A DNA stretch of 63,386 nucleotides, filler included, from Octopus bimaculoides (lineage: Eukaryota): NCBI RefSeq assembly GCF_001194135.2. It is 10 parts of 9 records of this genome, joined end to end, with 100 filler letters (N's around TTAATTAATTAA, not from the genome) between each part and the next. Parts side by side here need not be neighbours in the genome. Positions count along the whole stretch, not along the records: positions 1 to 20,227 come from NC_068991.1; 9 more parts are not named here. One strand, 5' to 3'. Both the position numbers and the translations under genes were made by a program. Shown here piece after piece: positions 1 through 13,460 of this stretch (position 1 is its first letter; every line of letters begins with the position of its first letter). Below the pieces are notes generated by a model that made no database searches, was not told the origin of the DNA, and saw only the letters and a program-made list of their open reading frames with translations.

Positions 1-12
1 AACTCGATTAAT

Positions 13-35
13 TAATTATAATAAAAATAATAATG

Positions 36-102
<67 letters not shown>

Positions 103-125
103 TAATAATAATAATAATAATAATA
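13..125. repeat. (AAT)n microsatellite
   Basis: Near-pure AAT repeats with occasional GAT. Confidence 0.95.
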
Positions 126-327
126 AGACACGTCATTGATTGGTTGAAATTACCGAAATACGGACAACTTTAACACGAAATAACTTCGAAAATAGAAATT
201 TTTCTCAACAACGCTAAGAGCAAAAGATGTTCTATATGATACATTCTACCAGTATATGGAGTTTGAAAGTGTTTAGTTAAAGAAATTTAATTAATCGAGC
301 TGCCCATGAAAAGGAAAAGATCCTATA

Positions 328-383
328 TCCATGTCCCGCACATATGGTTGTGATGCATGTCCCTGGTGTACCCCTATCAGATG

Positions 384-388
<5 letters not shown>
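328..388 (+). mobile_element. Fragment of interspersed repeat family I
   Basis: atgtcccgcacatatggttgtgatgcatgtccctggtgtacccctatcagatggg closely matches 61301-61355. Confidence 0.7.
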
Positions 389-431
<43 letters not shown>

Positions 432-900
432 CGTACAGAGAAAATTATATCTTTATTATAGATATCACCGTGCAAAACCGACAATGAAAGCAATAGTATT
501 GCGAGAAAGACAAACATGAAATACTATATCACACTATCAGCAGAACCCTCAAAAGCTTGTATATTCAACACACGCACACCTTCTGAAATATCTGAGCAAG
601 GTATAAACGTCCCTGTCTAAATGTATATAAAGCTCAAAAACAAAAAACAAAAATCAACTGCAAACATAAATATGAAAAAAAATAGACTGTAGATCATGCA
701 CAAATGGACCGAGAATTTGTCTTCAGTGCATCATTAAAAATACGATAAAACAAAACACATACGCACTCAAGAAGAGACATGAGATCAATCACACTGCAGA
801 CGTCCCAATGAAGTTAACCTCCAATAATGGCCTGAAATCCAAACAATAAAAAATAGGCAATCCACACACACACAAACACACACAGCCCCTCTCACACACT

Positions 901-946
<46 letters not shown>

Positions 947-2300
947 NNNNNNNNNNNNNNNNNNNNNNNNNNNNNNNNNNNNNNNNNNNNNNNNNNNNNN
1001 NNNNNNNNNNNNNNNNNNNNNNNNNNNNNNNNNNNNNNNNNNNNNNNNNNNNNNNNNNNNNNNNNNNNNNNNNNNNNNNNNNNNNNNNNNNNNNNNNNNN
1101 NNNNNNNNNNNNNNNNNNNNNNNNNNNNNNNNNNNNNNNNNNNNNNNNNNNNNNNNNNNNNNNNNNNNNNNNNNNNNNNNNNNNNNNNNNNNNNNNNNNN
1201 NNNNNNNNNNNNNNNNNNNNNNNNNNNNNNNNNNNNNNNNNNNNNNNNNNNNNNNNNNNNNNNNNNNNNNNNNNNNNNNNNNNNNNNNNNNNNNNNNNNN
1301 NNNNNNNNNNNNNNNNNNNNNNNNNNNNNNNNNNNNNNNNNNNNNNNNNNNNNNNNNNNNNNNNNNNNNNNNNNNNNNNNNNNNNNNNNNNNNNNNNNNN
1401 NNNNNNNNNNNNNNNNNNNNNNNNNNNNNNNNNNNNNNNNNNNNNNNNNNNNNNNNNNNNNNNNNNNNNNNNNNNNNNNNNNNNNNNNNNNNNNNNNNNN
1501 NNNNNNNNNNNNNNNNNNNNNNNNNNNNNNNNNNNNNNNNNNNNNNNNNNNNNNNNNNNNNNNNNAATTCACCAACAAAACTACCTGAGACAAGAGATAT
1601 AAGGAGCATTCCGGAAAAGGTTGCCATTAGGTGCACCATCTTAAATGTTTTCTTCCCCACCATGTCTTGTACACTCTCTGAGAAATGTTGTCTGCTGTAT
1701 TCTTTGAGTTCTTTTATTATTCTCTTTCTTGGTTCTGTTTCTCTTTTTTACTTTCCTTTCTTCTCCAGTTTATATATTTTATGGTTACTTGTTTTCCAAA
1801 TTCTTTTTCTTCCTTTTTATCCACTCGCTTGTCTTTTTGTGTATGTCTTTCTATGAGTATATGAATATCTTTCTTTATATTTTCTTTATATTTTTGCTTA
1901 TTTTGTATTGTGTTTTAGGAGGTTTTTCTTTCCTGCTGCATTAAATGTTTTCATACCGCTTTTCTTCATTCTCAAAAATGTCGCTCCAGGAAAAGCCAAA
2001 TTCCAAGTTTCTAAAAAATTAACGAAGAATCCAATGGATTCTTTTTCTGTCACCCAGACGCAAATTACAACTGCTTTCTTTTCACTAAGACCTCAAGATT
2101 ATGGTAGCACCCACTGAAAACAGAAGGGAAAATATTAAAATAGGAAGTAATTTTATTCATCCCACAAACATTAAGTGTCGAAGTATTTCTTTATATATCA
2201 TCCTTTACTCCAATACATATCAGGCACACACATACAATGGAGTAGAAGAAAAGTGACGAGGCCGTAGATCTCTGATGATAAAGTTTGCTTTTTTTATAAT

Positions 2301-2365
2301 AGGGTTGCCCAAACTACAGCCTGCGGGTCACATCTGGCTCACAGTATCTTGTGAACCCGCATTTC
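2301..2365. mobile_element. Possible hAT-type terminal fragment
   Basis: tagggttgcccaaactacagcctgcgggtcacat resembles a typical hAT/Charlie-like MITE end; no partner end seen. Confidence 0.35.
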
Positions 2366-2494
2366 TCTTTCGCAGATGCCAAGACCTGTAATGCATATAT
2401 CGTATACATTAGCATATTGTATTTGCTGCCGTATAAGATACACACTCGCTTATGCTGCACCATTATTTTACAAGTAAATATATAACATGTATTC

Positions 2495-2640
2495 TTTTAC
2501 TCTTTCACTTATTTCAGCCGTTTGACTGCGGCCATGCTAGAGCACTGCCGTGGAGTGTTTTTGTCGAACAATTCAACCCCAGGACATATTTTTAAACGGA
2601 GTACTTATTCTATCAGACTATAAAGTCGAATCGCTAAGTT
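2495..2640 (-). mobile_element. SINE family B, 3' part running into gap
   Basis: tttgactgcggccatgctagagcactgcc...tacttattctatc matches the reverse complement of B tails at 20480-20600 and 55200-55330. Confidence 0.8.
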
Positions 2641-3384
2641 NNNNNNNNNNNNNNNNNNNNNNNNNNNNNNNNNNNNNNNNNNNNNNNNNNNNNNNNNNNN
2701 NNNNNNNNNNNNNNNNNNNNNNNNNNNNNNNNNNNNNNNNNNNNNNNNNNNNNNNNNNNNNNNNNNNNNNNNNNNNNNNNNNNNNNNNNNNNNNNNNNNN
2801 NNNNNNNNNNNNNNNNNNNNNNNNNNNNNNNNNNNNNNNNNNNNNNNNNNNNNNNNNNNNNNNNNNNNNNNNNNNNNNNNNNNNNNNNNNNNNNNNNNNN
2901 NNNNNNNNNNNNNNNNNNNNNNNNNNNNNNNNNNNNNNNNNNNNNNNNNNNNNNNNNNNNNNNNNNNNNNNNNNNNNNNNNNNNNNNNNNNNNNNNNNNN
3001 NNNNNNNNNNNNNNNNNNNNNNNNNNNNNNNNNNNNNNNNNNNNNNNNNNNNNNNNNNNNNNNNNNNNNNNNNNNNNNNNNNNNNNNNNNNNNNNNNNNN
3101 NNNNNNNNNNNNNNNNNNNNNNNNNNNNNNNNNNNNNNNNNNNNNNNNNNNNNNNNNNNNNNNNNNNNNNNNNNNNNNNNNNNNNNNNNNNNNNNNNNNN
3201 NNNNNNNNNNNNNNNNNNNNNNNNNNNNNNNNNNNNNNNNNNNNNNNNNNNNNNNNNNNNNNNNNNNNNNNNNNNNNNNNNNNNNNNNNNNNNNNNNNNN
3301 NNNNNNNNNNNNNNNNNNNNNNNNNNNNNNNNNNNNNNNNNNNNNNNNNNNNNNNNNNNNNNNNNNNNNNNNNNNNNNNNNNNN

Positions 3385-3437
<53 letters not shown>

Positions 3438-3599
3438 CAGAGAGAGAGATAGAGAAACAATTATCTTGTCAAAATGAATTCTATTTGTTACATTTTGCAA
3501 TAATTCAGTGAATAGGAATATGATTTACAAAAGAAAAACAACAAAAAAAGGAAAAAAAGAAGAAAACATCAATGCGACACCAAGCGCCTCTATTGGTCG

Positions 3600-4045
3600 C
3601 ACACCGCAAGGTCCAACGGAACCTACTGAAGCAGGCCAACACACTCGCATCATTGTCACAGGCGATGGCGAGGCTAAGGCATTGAAACACCCAAGCACTC
3701 TCACGGGTATCACCTGCCACCTCAGTAAGGTGAGCCGCCAACGATGACAAGAACTTCACCGTTAGCGACGCACCCACTTCAGACGTTTCAAGCGCCACAG
3801 GCTGGAAGAAATAGTTCACTGACAGGTCCTGATACTTAGGGATTCTGTTCCGTTCAGCTACGGAAGCGGTGACCCTCCCATTTACCGTAGCTTCCATGGG
3901 AGGGAACAAAGAAGTCACAGATTGTGGCGTCCCAGATGAAGCACCTACCTCTTTACCCAGAGATAAAGGGTTAAGACCATCTGGTCTGTTTCCATCACCT
4001 CTGGATAATCCTGTCGGCTTTCTGCTAGTGCAAAATTCTCGGGAG
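3600..4045 (-). mobile_element. CRE-like non-LTR retrotransposon, C-terminal restriction-like endonuclease fragment
   Basis: Translation KPTGLSRGDGNRPDGL...AERNRIPKYQDLSVNYFFQPVALETS...TRESAWVFQCLSLAIACDNDASVL fits the RPDG...KY...PxAxET...QRLSxAIQRGNA pattern of CRE-clade RLE domains. Confidence 0.75.
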
Positions 4046-4056
4046 AATTTTTGCGA

Positions 4057-4746
4057 TGGCTGAAACGAAAGACCTACCGTGAGATTCTGTTTTCTGCTTG
4101 GGAAAACGGCGGCCGAAACAGTTGACATGCTTCAAACAGTTTACAAGGCCGCTGCCATAAGCAAAAAGACAAGTTTACAAGTAGTTTTCACGCTTTAGAA
4201 ATGATCACTTGTCGCTTGAGGACCAACTTCGTTCAGGGTGACCGTAGACCTCCTGAACGAATAAAAACATCATAAAAATTCATGAAATGATTTTGGAGGA
4301 CCACCGCCGGACAATTGACGAGCCTGTTGATATGATTGGTTTGTCCTGAAGCTCTTCCTAATTTTTAGCGAATGAAAAGAGTTGCAGCAAAATTTTTGTC
4401 TCGCTTGCTCATGGAAGATCAAAAGCAGTTACAACTGAATGCGTGTCGCGAACTGAAAGAACAGTTGGAAGTTGATCCGGACCTTTTTTCGAAGGTCATC
4501 ACTGGTGACGAAAGCTATTACTACGGAATTTGCAGATGTGGAAGAGGTGAAGAAAAAAGCGACAGAGGCGAAAAAAAGCATCATGTCACAAGAGTTCCAG
4601 CACTGCTTCCGACAGTGGATAATGTGTCTGGACCAATGCATTGCTTCAGATGGAGAATATTTGAAAGCGATGAAAGTGTCAACATGTAAAACTAAGTGAA
4701 TAAAATAATATTGCAAAATTCCTGTTTCTCATCGGTACTCCCTCGT
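4057..4746 (+). mobile_element. Internally deleted mariner transposon (pseudogene)
   Basis: Broken frames give MAE..FCFLLGKTAAETVDMLQ, MKRVAAKFLSRLL..DPDLFSKVITGDES and FADVEEVKKK..CIASDGEY; TIR-like end ggtactccctcgt; the central catalytic region is missing. Confidence 0.85.
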
Positions 4747-6484
4747 GTGAAGAGACACACAACTACACAAAGGACCACCACTCCTGTTACCATATATATA
4801 TATAAATGTGAGAAAAGGTTGAGTTCTATTTAATCCTTTACTGAGGAGGGTTCCAAAGTTAGATTTCTAATAAAGATTCTTCATATTAAATTGGTAGCTT
4901 ACTATTGTAAGTATTTTTCGAATATGAAAATGTTACAAGTATAAGCTGTCCCAAAGTTCTTATCTCGACGTAGAAGTAACAAAGCGAATGTCATTTATCT
5001 CCCCTTTGATCTCTGACATCATTTGACAAACGCCAATCAAGATGGCGTGAATCAACCAAGCCTTACCTGCTAGAAATAGCAACCCAAATGCTTTTAAATC
5101 AGATCCTAACGCTGGATGTTCAAGAGCCAAATAAAGGGCACATTTTCAATCCCCGCAATCATCCTGATTCCAAAAAGGCATATGTCTATGAAGAGGAAAT
5201 GTAGATTGAAATACAGGGGTCCCAGACAGATGAAATTTCGCTTTTCTTATAATAGATACTCTTTTTTTTTTTTTTATTAGAAAATGACATTTATTCCATA
5301 GAGTGATATTTAAACTTACCTAATAATAACGTCTTCTCACATTGGCTTTCAGCCTCAAATGTTTGTAGCAAATTGCTGAGAGAGTTTTTAATGCATATAA
5401 GTAAAATATTATTTAGTACAATCATCTAAATCAACGTTGTTGTTATAAAACCAATACTTGTTTTATCGACAAATGAGAAATAAAAGGTAAAATCCACACA
5501 AGCGAGAATTGGGCTTTAGATAAAAGACAAAATATAAGTTAAAATGGTCGATCCTAATTTCAAGCAAAATTATATAGAAGGAATTTCTCTTTACATCTGT
5601 CTAATAGCATATTGTTGTGAGATCTTGAATAAATATAAAGCATAGTAAAACTTACACTTCAATATATTTTATATTATATTATAATATCATACATAATATA
5701 TATATATATATTATTATGAATGATATAGTCAATATAATATTGTCATTATTAACTATCTACGGGTCGAGGTTCTATTATTGTCCAACAGAATTGTTACTCC
5801 TAATGGTATCACTCAGCATTGAAAACAAATAAATCCACGCACAAATCTACATCTATCATGCAAGAAGCCAATTTATTTAAAAACAAATATATGCATATAT
5901 ATTTGAAATAGCTGCGTTCTGCATTCCGTCACTATCCGTGACAACAGATTATGACGTCATTATCTAGCTTTGTTTTTTGAGTAAAAGAGAAGTAGCTGAA
6001 AAATTCATTTAAAGGAACGATTTAATGATAATCTACTTAACTCAGATGTTTACTCAAATCCATAATCAAGTTGTCTTATTTTTCTGACCTTCAGTTACAT
6101 AGTTCTTTCTAAACCGTTTTCTCTACCGACAATCTTGCTGAAATGAAATGGCTTCGTGAGGATGTTATTGGCTTGTCAACTCATGGATTGTATTGATTGT
6201 TTAGTTACGTTTATTGTCAAAACCCTTAATTCTCATTTACCATCGTTCTCCTACTTAACACATTTTCTGGCAATAAATTAGTTTTGCGTCACAGAAGAAA
6301 ATTAGACTAGTTGGCGATTTAACTATATTTTAACTAACTTCAATGGACACAAAAACTTGGACCTATAAAGAAAGAATTTTAACAATGATAATGACCTGGA
6401 ATAATCTTGCCTAATTAAATCAAAAATGAAGTAAAGAAGCATTGCTAGCAAAAATTCAAATTCACATTGTATTTTGGTTGAATA

Positions 6485-6485
<1 letters not shown>

Positions 6486-6556
<71 letters not shown>
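6486..6556. repeat. (TG)n microsatellite
   Basis: Pure TG run. Confidence 0.95.
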
Positions 6557-6560
<4 letters not shown>

Positions 6561-7352
6561 CTCATTGTGAAGTGAAAAACGATACAATCGACTAGGACTT
6601 GCATTGTATATCCCTATGTCGTCAGCTACACAAACTCACGTGTGCACATATCCTTTGGAATTATCGTTTTGAGTTATCTCTCAACACGTCAATCGCCACT
6701 TCGCATATTCGTACCTTGCATGAACGATAAAATAAAAATCATATAAAGTGTTCGAGTTGATATAATCAACTAAAGTTCTTTGACACTGGTGCTACTGTAA
6801 AACAATAAATAAATAAAGAGGATACTTAAATATATAAGCTCACAAAATGTTTTTTCCCCAAACTAAGAAACAATTCACACACTTGAACATGTTCGTAACC
6901 TGAATATAGCTATATCTGCAGATAGAATGTTCACAAACAACTAACAGTTAATGTACTGAGAACTATACCAGGAAGACGTCACGAAATCTTGAGACTCGTC
7001 TACGACTCCTGAAATTTCTTGGTTTGAATATTTGAGCCTCCTGCTCATAGTTTTAGTATCAGGTTCTACTTGTTAAGAAGACAAACTAAACGGAGCATGA
7101 CAGCTGGACACTACATTTAAAACATCTGAAGTTATTTGTATGTGAAATGGGTTTTTAAAAAAAATGATCTTCTATGTGACAAAGAATGCATCAAATAAAT
7201 GTTGCTGATTAGCAAGAAATTTGTGCATTCAGATACTGGGTTAACATGCCCGGATTGCCATAAATTTAGGATAGTGTCAAATTCGAAGTTAAGTTCGTGA
7301 TAACTTGAAAAAGTTACGTGGCTGTTGTATACGACAGTACTGTTGAGTATTA

Positions 7353-7406
<54 letters not shown>

Positions 7407-7597
7407 NNNNNNNNNNNNNNNNNNNNNNNNNNNNNNNNNNNNNNNNNNNNNNNNNNNNNNNNNNNNNNNNNNNNNNNNNTCTCTGTGCGATTATAAGAAT
7501 AAGCATGATGTAGTGCAACATGTATAAAATGGTGTTGGTGAGAGAAACAGAGTAAGATTTACACTACATTCATTGCACACGAGCGCGCGCACATATG

Positions 7598-7628
<31 letters not shown>

Positions 7629-7784
7629 GTCACACAAAACACTCACACACACATACATATATATATATAATATGTATATGTATGTGTGTATATATATTAT
7701 ACACATATATGCATGTTATATACATACGCACAAATGCACACACATATACACATACATTCATACATACATACATACATACATACA

Positions 7785-7815
<31 letters not shown>

Positions 7816-7830
7816 CTAGTTATTTACATA

Positions 7831-8509
7831 CAGACTGTCCTCATTTAACGACCTACCTATTTAACGACCACTCGGAGTTACGACCAACTTTACGAGCCGT
7901 TATAACATATTTTACAAAATAAAACTTGAGGCAATGGATCCAAATTTTGAGCGAGTTTCCAAGGTGGAAAGGCAGACAACTGAACTTTTCCGATGTTATC
8001 GAGAAAGTTATGACGAAAAAAAAAGAAGATAACACAGCAAACAACACTGACGGGATTTTTCATGCATTTTGATGTCAAGAATGAGTTACTTTTGTAATCT
8101 TTATCCAAAGTAAAACAAAGTTATTATGTTTGAATTTCCTTTAAACCTTTTCACCTTTTCTATATAATCCTGAGAAAAGTTTATTAGGCATCTTATGTAC
8201 TGGGTCTGGAATCACAAACATACTTACGTTGTCTGAGCTACAATAATACAGTATCCATATCCTAACTTTTACGGTTTTCCTTGTGATAATCTTATTGCTA
8301 CTTATTCATTTTTCAACAATTTACGTTAGTGATTCTTGGCCCTGTACTGCATATACTTTATACAATACGGTATTCTGTTTTTATATGTACGTACAGTACA
8401 CTATACCTATAAAAAAAAATACGTACCCTATGAATATTCGTTTATCGACGAATTTGCTTAACGACGGGGTTGTTGGAACGTAACTCGGTCGTTAAATGAG
8501 GACAGTCTG
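7831..8509. mobile_element. Tigger/pogo-like non-autonomous element (MITE)
   Basis: Perfect 23-bp TIRs CAGACTGTCCTCATTTAACGACC (7831-7853) and its complement (8487-8509), flanked by TA at 7829-30 and 8510-11. Confidence 0.9.
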
Positions 8510-10084
8510 TACTATACACATAAAGACATACATACACACACGCGCGCTCAAACGCACACACAACTTTGGTGAAACAAGAGAAATAGAACTCAATGCATAA
8601 GGGTATGTGTATTTGTATTTGTGTGTTTATATGTGTGTATATATGAGTGTGAATGTATGTGTGTGTGTGAGTGTATGTGCGAGTGTGTGTGTATATGAGT
8701 ATGTTTGTGCATCTGTATGTAAAATGATACGTCATAACTAATATTTGCCAATAAACCTGAAAAACAACGAAATAGTTATTGTTACGTAATAGTTTATCTA
8801 CATACACACATAGGCATGTTTACATACGCATACTAAATTTTACCACGGAATAAATCCATTATTTTAACGTCCACTGCAATCGTAAATTATTTAAAACAGT
8901 CCTAAACGGCGGCCATATTTATACAAATTCATCATTGTTTGAAAACAAGAGATCGGTAGTATTACAGCTTTAATTATATTTACATTCTCGTCAGCAACCG
9001 TTTACCGTCTTAACAAACTACTGTGAAATTGTATTTAAAACCACTGGTATTAGGCACTTCATTAAATCAGTTGAGGTAGTTAAATTCATCTTTTGATGAC
9101 TGCTAGAACGGATGAAAAGAGAGAGAAAGAGCTAAAGAATTGAGATAATTAGGGAGGGTGAATGTTGTGTAATTGTGCGGTGACAATCCATAAGTGAAAG
9201 GAGAGAAAAAAGAGATGTACTTCTTAAGGCAAGCACCCAAGGAAAGTGGTAGAACCGAATTTGGGTTCCGTATTTATATTTTTTCTAACTAAATTACCTC
9301 AGGCTGTTGTTTCGCCCGAACGTTATTTAACTCAAGAATGTTAACTTAAACAATAGAACTTAGCTAAGAGTGACAATTGACCCCCATAAATTTCTAAGTG
9401 CAAAAGACGAGAACAATAGGGAAGGAACTGGTTGAAAAATCGAAGCTCGGCTTCGAATCTTGGTTAAGAAACTAGGAAGCTATTCGTTATACACACACAC
9501 ACACATATACAATAGCAAAGTTGAAAATACAACTTATATATATATATATATAAATCACTAATTTGACGGTTTGTTTTTGGCAGTCAAGTCGACAAGTTTG
9601 AAACCGAATGTATCTGCACTAGCTGCATCGCACTAGACACATGGTTCTCATTAAAAAGTTGTATTCTTTTCCTTTATAGTACAATCATTACTTATTTTTG
9701 TATCGGTAGTTCTGATCAATGGTTCATTTAGAGAAAATAAAAATCAATGTAAAAGAAAGTGAAAGTTTACCGAAGTTAATCTGTCAGCATAATATAGAAT
9801 TAAACTTTAGAATTTTATTCACACTAATGGCAAAACTAAATCCACAATAAGGGATTTGTAAGCAACCGCATATTCAGTCCAAACGTCGCTAACCGGGCAA
9901 CGAGTCAATGATATAGTGTGTGTGTCAAATCTCCTAGGGGATTTAGCGTTACGGGGATGCCAGGGGTTGTTGTTTTTTTTTTTACACAGGTGGGCGATGG
10001 AGCATTTTTTGGTCACTAGGTGGGCGATATTACAATTTGGAGCGAAAAGTTTGTGAAACATCTCAATGTCCATCTAGAGTCTAG

Positions 10085-10370
10085 ATGGACACTCAGATGA
10101 ATGATGGCTGGGTGCCAAAATGCCTCATTGGTACTGATGTATCTCCCCTTGTCATACTGCACGACTTCGTCATTTTTATTTATCTGTTGATTGCCATTCT
10201 GCATAAGAATGTATGTTGCAGCATCTAAACCTTTGTTTATATATTTGCAAACATACTTGATAGAGTTAACAGAGTTGCAGAAATGAACATTCACTCTGGC
10301 TACATGTGTTCGTCTTTGCTTCACTGTAGAATACTGATCATCTACATCTTCGGAAACTTTTTTGAAAATT
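10085..10370 (-). mobile_element. Helitron RepHel fragment
   Basis: NVHFCNSVNSIKYVCKYINKG...DEVVQYDKGRYISTNEAFWH..IHLSVHL matches the Helitron HINVExCNSVKSIKYxCKYVNKG...GRYISSNEA segment. Confidence 0.85.
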
Positions 10371-10506
10371 AAAATGGGGATTGAATGAAAAACTGAGTTA
10401 CATGAATATCTTCACAAGAATGATTGAAATAAATGGCCACTGTGGAACGCCGCACACACATAACAGACACATATACATACAGTATCAAACATCAGATGAA
10501 ATGGAG

Positions 10507-10579
<73 letters not shown>

Positions 10580-10795
10580 TGAAGGGGTGTGTTATCATGT
10601 ATATGTACATACATAAATAAATGTGCATACATCTTTTTTGTATGTATGTGTGTGTATGTGTGTGAGAGAGAGAGAGAGAAGGAGAGAGTGATGCCACTTG
10701 GACATCACGCTCTCTCTCTCACATACGCGCGCGCGCACACACATATACAAAAAAGATGCATGCATATGCATTTATGTATGTACGTATACATGATA

Positions 10796-11088
10796 GTGGA
10801 GGCACATTGGCCAAGTGGTTAGGGCAGCGGACTCGCGGTCATAGGATCGCGGTTTCGATTCCCAGACCGGGCGTTGTGAGTGTTTATTGAGCAAAAACAC
10901 CTAAAGCTCCACGAGGCTCCGGCAGGGGATGGTGGTGAACCCTGCTGTACTCATTCACCACAACTTTCTCTCACTCTTAATTCCTGTTTCTGTTGTGCCT
11001 GTAATTCAAAGGGTCAGTCTTGTCACACTGTGTCACGCTGAATATCCCCGAGAACTACGTTAAGGGTACACGTGTCTGTGGAGTGCTC
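10796..11088 (+). mobile_element. tRNA-headed SINE family A
   Basis: A box TGGCCAAGTGG and B box GGTTTCGATTCCC; body nearly identical to 32405-32744. Confidence 0.9.
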
Positions 11089-12007
11089 NNNNNNNNNNNN
11101 NNNNNNNNNNNNNNNNNNNNNNNNNNNNNNNNNNNNNNNNNNNNNNNNNNNNNNNNNNNNNNNNNNNNNNNNNNNNNNNNNNNNNNNNNNNNNNNNNNNN
11201 NNNNNNNNNNNNNNNNNNNNNNNNNNNNNNNNNNNNNNNNNNNNNNNNNNNNNNNNNNNNNNNNNNNNNNNNNNNNNNNNNNNNNNNNNNNNNNNNNNNN
11301 NNNNNNNNNNNNNNNNNNNNNNNNNNNNNNNNNNNNNNNNNNNNNNNNNNNNNNNNNNNNNNNNNNNNNNNNNNNNNNNNNNNNNNNNNNNNNNNNNNNN
11401 NNNNNNNNNNNNNNNNNNNNNNNNNNNNNNNNNNNNNNNNNNNNNNNNNNNNNNNNNNNNNNNNNNNNNNNNNNNNNNNNNNNNNNNNNNNNNNNNNNNN
11501 NNNNNNNNNNNNNNNNNNNNNNNNNNNNNNNNNNNNNNNNNNNNNNNNNNNNNNNNNNNNNNNNNNNNNNNNNNNNNNNNNNNNNNNNNNNNNNNNNNNN
11601 NNNNNNNNNNNNNNNNNNNNNNNNNNNNNNNNNNNNNNNNNNNNNNNNNNNNNNNNNNNNNNNNNNNNNNNNNNNNNNNNNNNNNNNNNNNNNNNNNNNN
11701 NNNNNNNNNNNNNNNNNNNNNNNNNNNNNNNNNNNNNNNNNNNNNNNNNNNNNNNNNNNNNNNNNNNNNNNNNNNNNNNNNNNNNNNNNNNNNNNNNNNN
11801 NNNNNNNNNNNNNNNNNNNNNNNNNNNNNNNNNNNNNNNNNNNNNNNNNNNNNNNNNNNNNNNNNNNNNNNNNNNNNNNNNNNNNNNNNNNNNNNNNNNN
11901 NNNNNNNNNNNNNNNNNNNNNNNNNNNNNNNNNNNNNNNNNNNNNNNNNNNNNNNNNNNNNNNNNNNNNNNNNNGTAAAGAAGTGGATCATGTATATAAA
12001 GCAATAT

Positions 12008-12260
12008 TCTTTATTCTTTTATTCTTTCAGTCATTTGACTGTGGCCATGCTGGAGCACCGCCTTTAATCGAGCAAATCGACTCCAGGACTTATTCTTTGT
12101 AAGCCTAGTACTTATTCTATCGGTCGATTTTTGCCGTACCGCTAGTTTCGGGGACGTAAACACACCAGCATCGGTTGTCAAGACGGACACTCAGTTGGAC
12201 ACGATGTTAGAGGGACAAGCACAGACACACAAACATATACACACACACATACATATATAT
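12008..12260 (-). mobile_element. SINE family B, 3' half
   Basis: Matches 19985-20227 closely. Confidence 0.9.
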
Positions 12261-13280
12261 ATATATACATAATATAATATTGGATAAAATCTTTATAAGA
12301 ATTTATCAGGTAGTCAGCGTGAAAAAACCCCATAAGGAAAAAAAACTCATCCATTTTTCCCCATAAATATATAATTTATATCAGGGCATTAACTATATAG
12401 TAATGCCTCACGCTTAGAGGGACTAAAAAAAGTCAAAAACTACCAAAAAATAAGCAACATATTTACCGAAAGCGAGGAAATGCGACTTTCAAAAATCAAT
12501 CTCCTAAAAACATTTAACTCAACGGCAAACCACTGGTTTCTCAATTAATACAGCAAAACAGTGAAGTAAGCTGCATCTCTTGTTCATCAGTACACGTATG
12601 GTCGAGACACATAAAAATAAACAAAAATCAACATACCACGGTGTACCCAACAATAGTACGATGACTTCTGTTCATCATTATATATCCGTGAAAGAGGTTT
12701 GAATTTATCCGGTTGCATCTCAGTAACACGTGCTTATACAGAATAATATTCAGCACTGAATATATTCTAATTATTTACAATATAATATAGGATAAAATCT
12801 TTATAAAAATTTATCAGATAAAGACGATCGTGTTGTTTGTACTCTACTGTTTTCTTGTGCTTGATTTATTATTATTTTTTTATGAGAGAGTCCGTAGGAA
12901 TACAATCCCATATGTTGGTATGAAAATGAATAGGAAAATATATTTCGCATCACGGAATTTCGTTTTACGGCCAGCTTTTTAGGAACGAATTACTCCGTAA
13001 AACGAGGACTCACTGTAGATATGTGTTTATGTATATACATATGTTTGTATGCATGCATACGTGTACATGTACACACATGCACGCACGAATAAACATTGAG
13101 AACGAAACTATTGTCCCTCTTAGTAATGAATCAAGGGTACAATCGAGGTTATCGTATATCATATGTGATGTAAATCATTCAAAACAGTATCCGCCAAAAC
13201 CTCTTAAATACCTAAAGCGTGAGTGAAATCGGAAATTAGATATATTAGCTATCGTCATTTCGATAATACCACCGAATGGC

Positions 13281-13321
<41 letters not shown>

Positions 13322-13421
13322 NNNNNNNNNNNNNNNNNNNNNNNNNNNNNNNNNNNNNNNNNNNNNNNNNNNNNNNNNNNNNNNNNNNNNNNNNNNNNNN
13401 NNNNNNNNNNNNNNNNNNNNN

Positions 13422-13460
<39 letters not shown>

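Noticed and set aside
695-735. Hammerhead-like AUGCA-CUGAAGA...UGCAU on the minus strand
   Set aside because: No GAAA and no helix II.
1662-2117. Hydrophobic ORFs or LINE remnant
   Set aside because: T-rich compositional bias explains them; no motif was recognised on either strand.
5320-5428. Minus-strand 109-bp exon with gtaagt donor
   Set aside because: Weak acceptor, no homology and no partner exon.
3595-10085. Shared peptide RWTLRC at the ends of the CRE and Helitron ORFs
   Set aside because: Only about 12 of 18 nt match and both lie outside the homologous regions; treated as coincidence.
10796-10870. tRNA genes at SINE heads
   Set aside because: A and B boxes are present, but there is no acceptor stem and they continue into SINE bodies.
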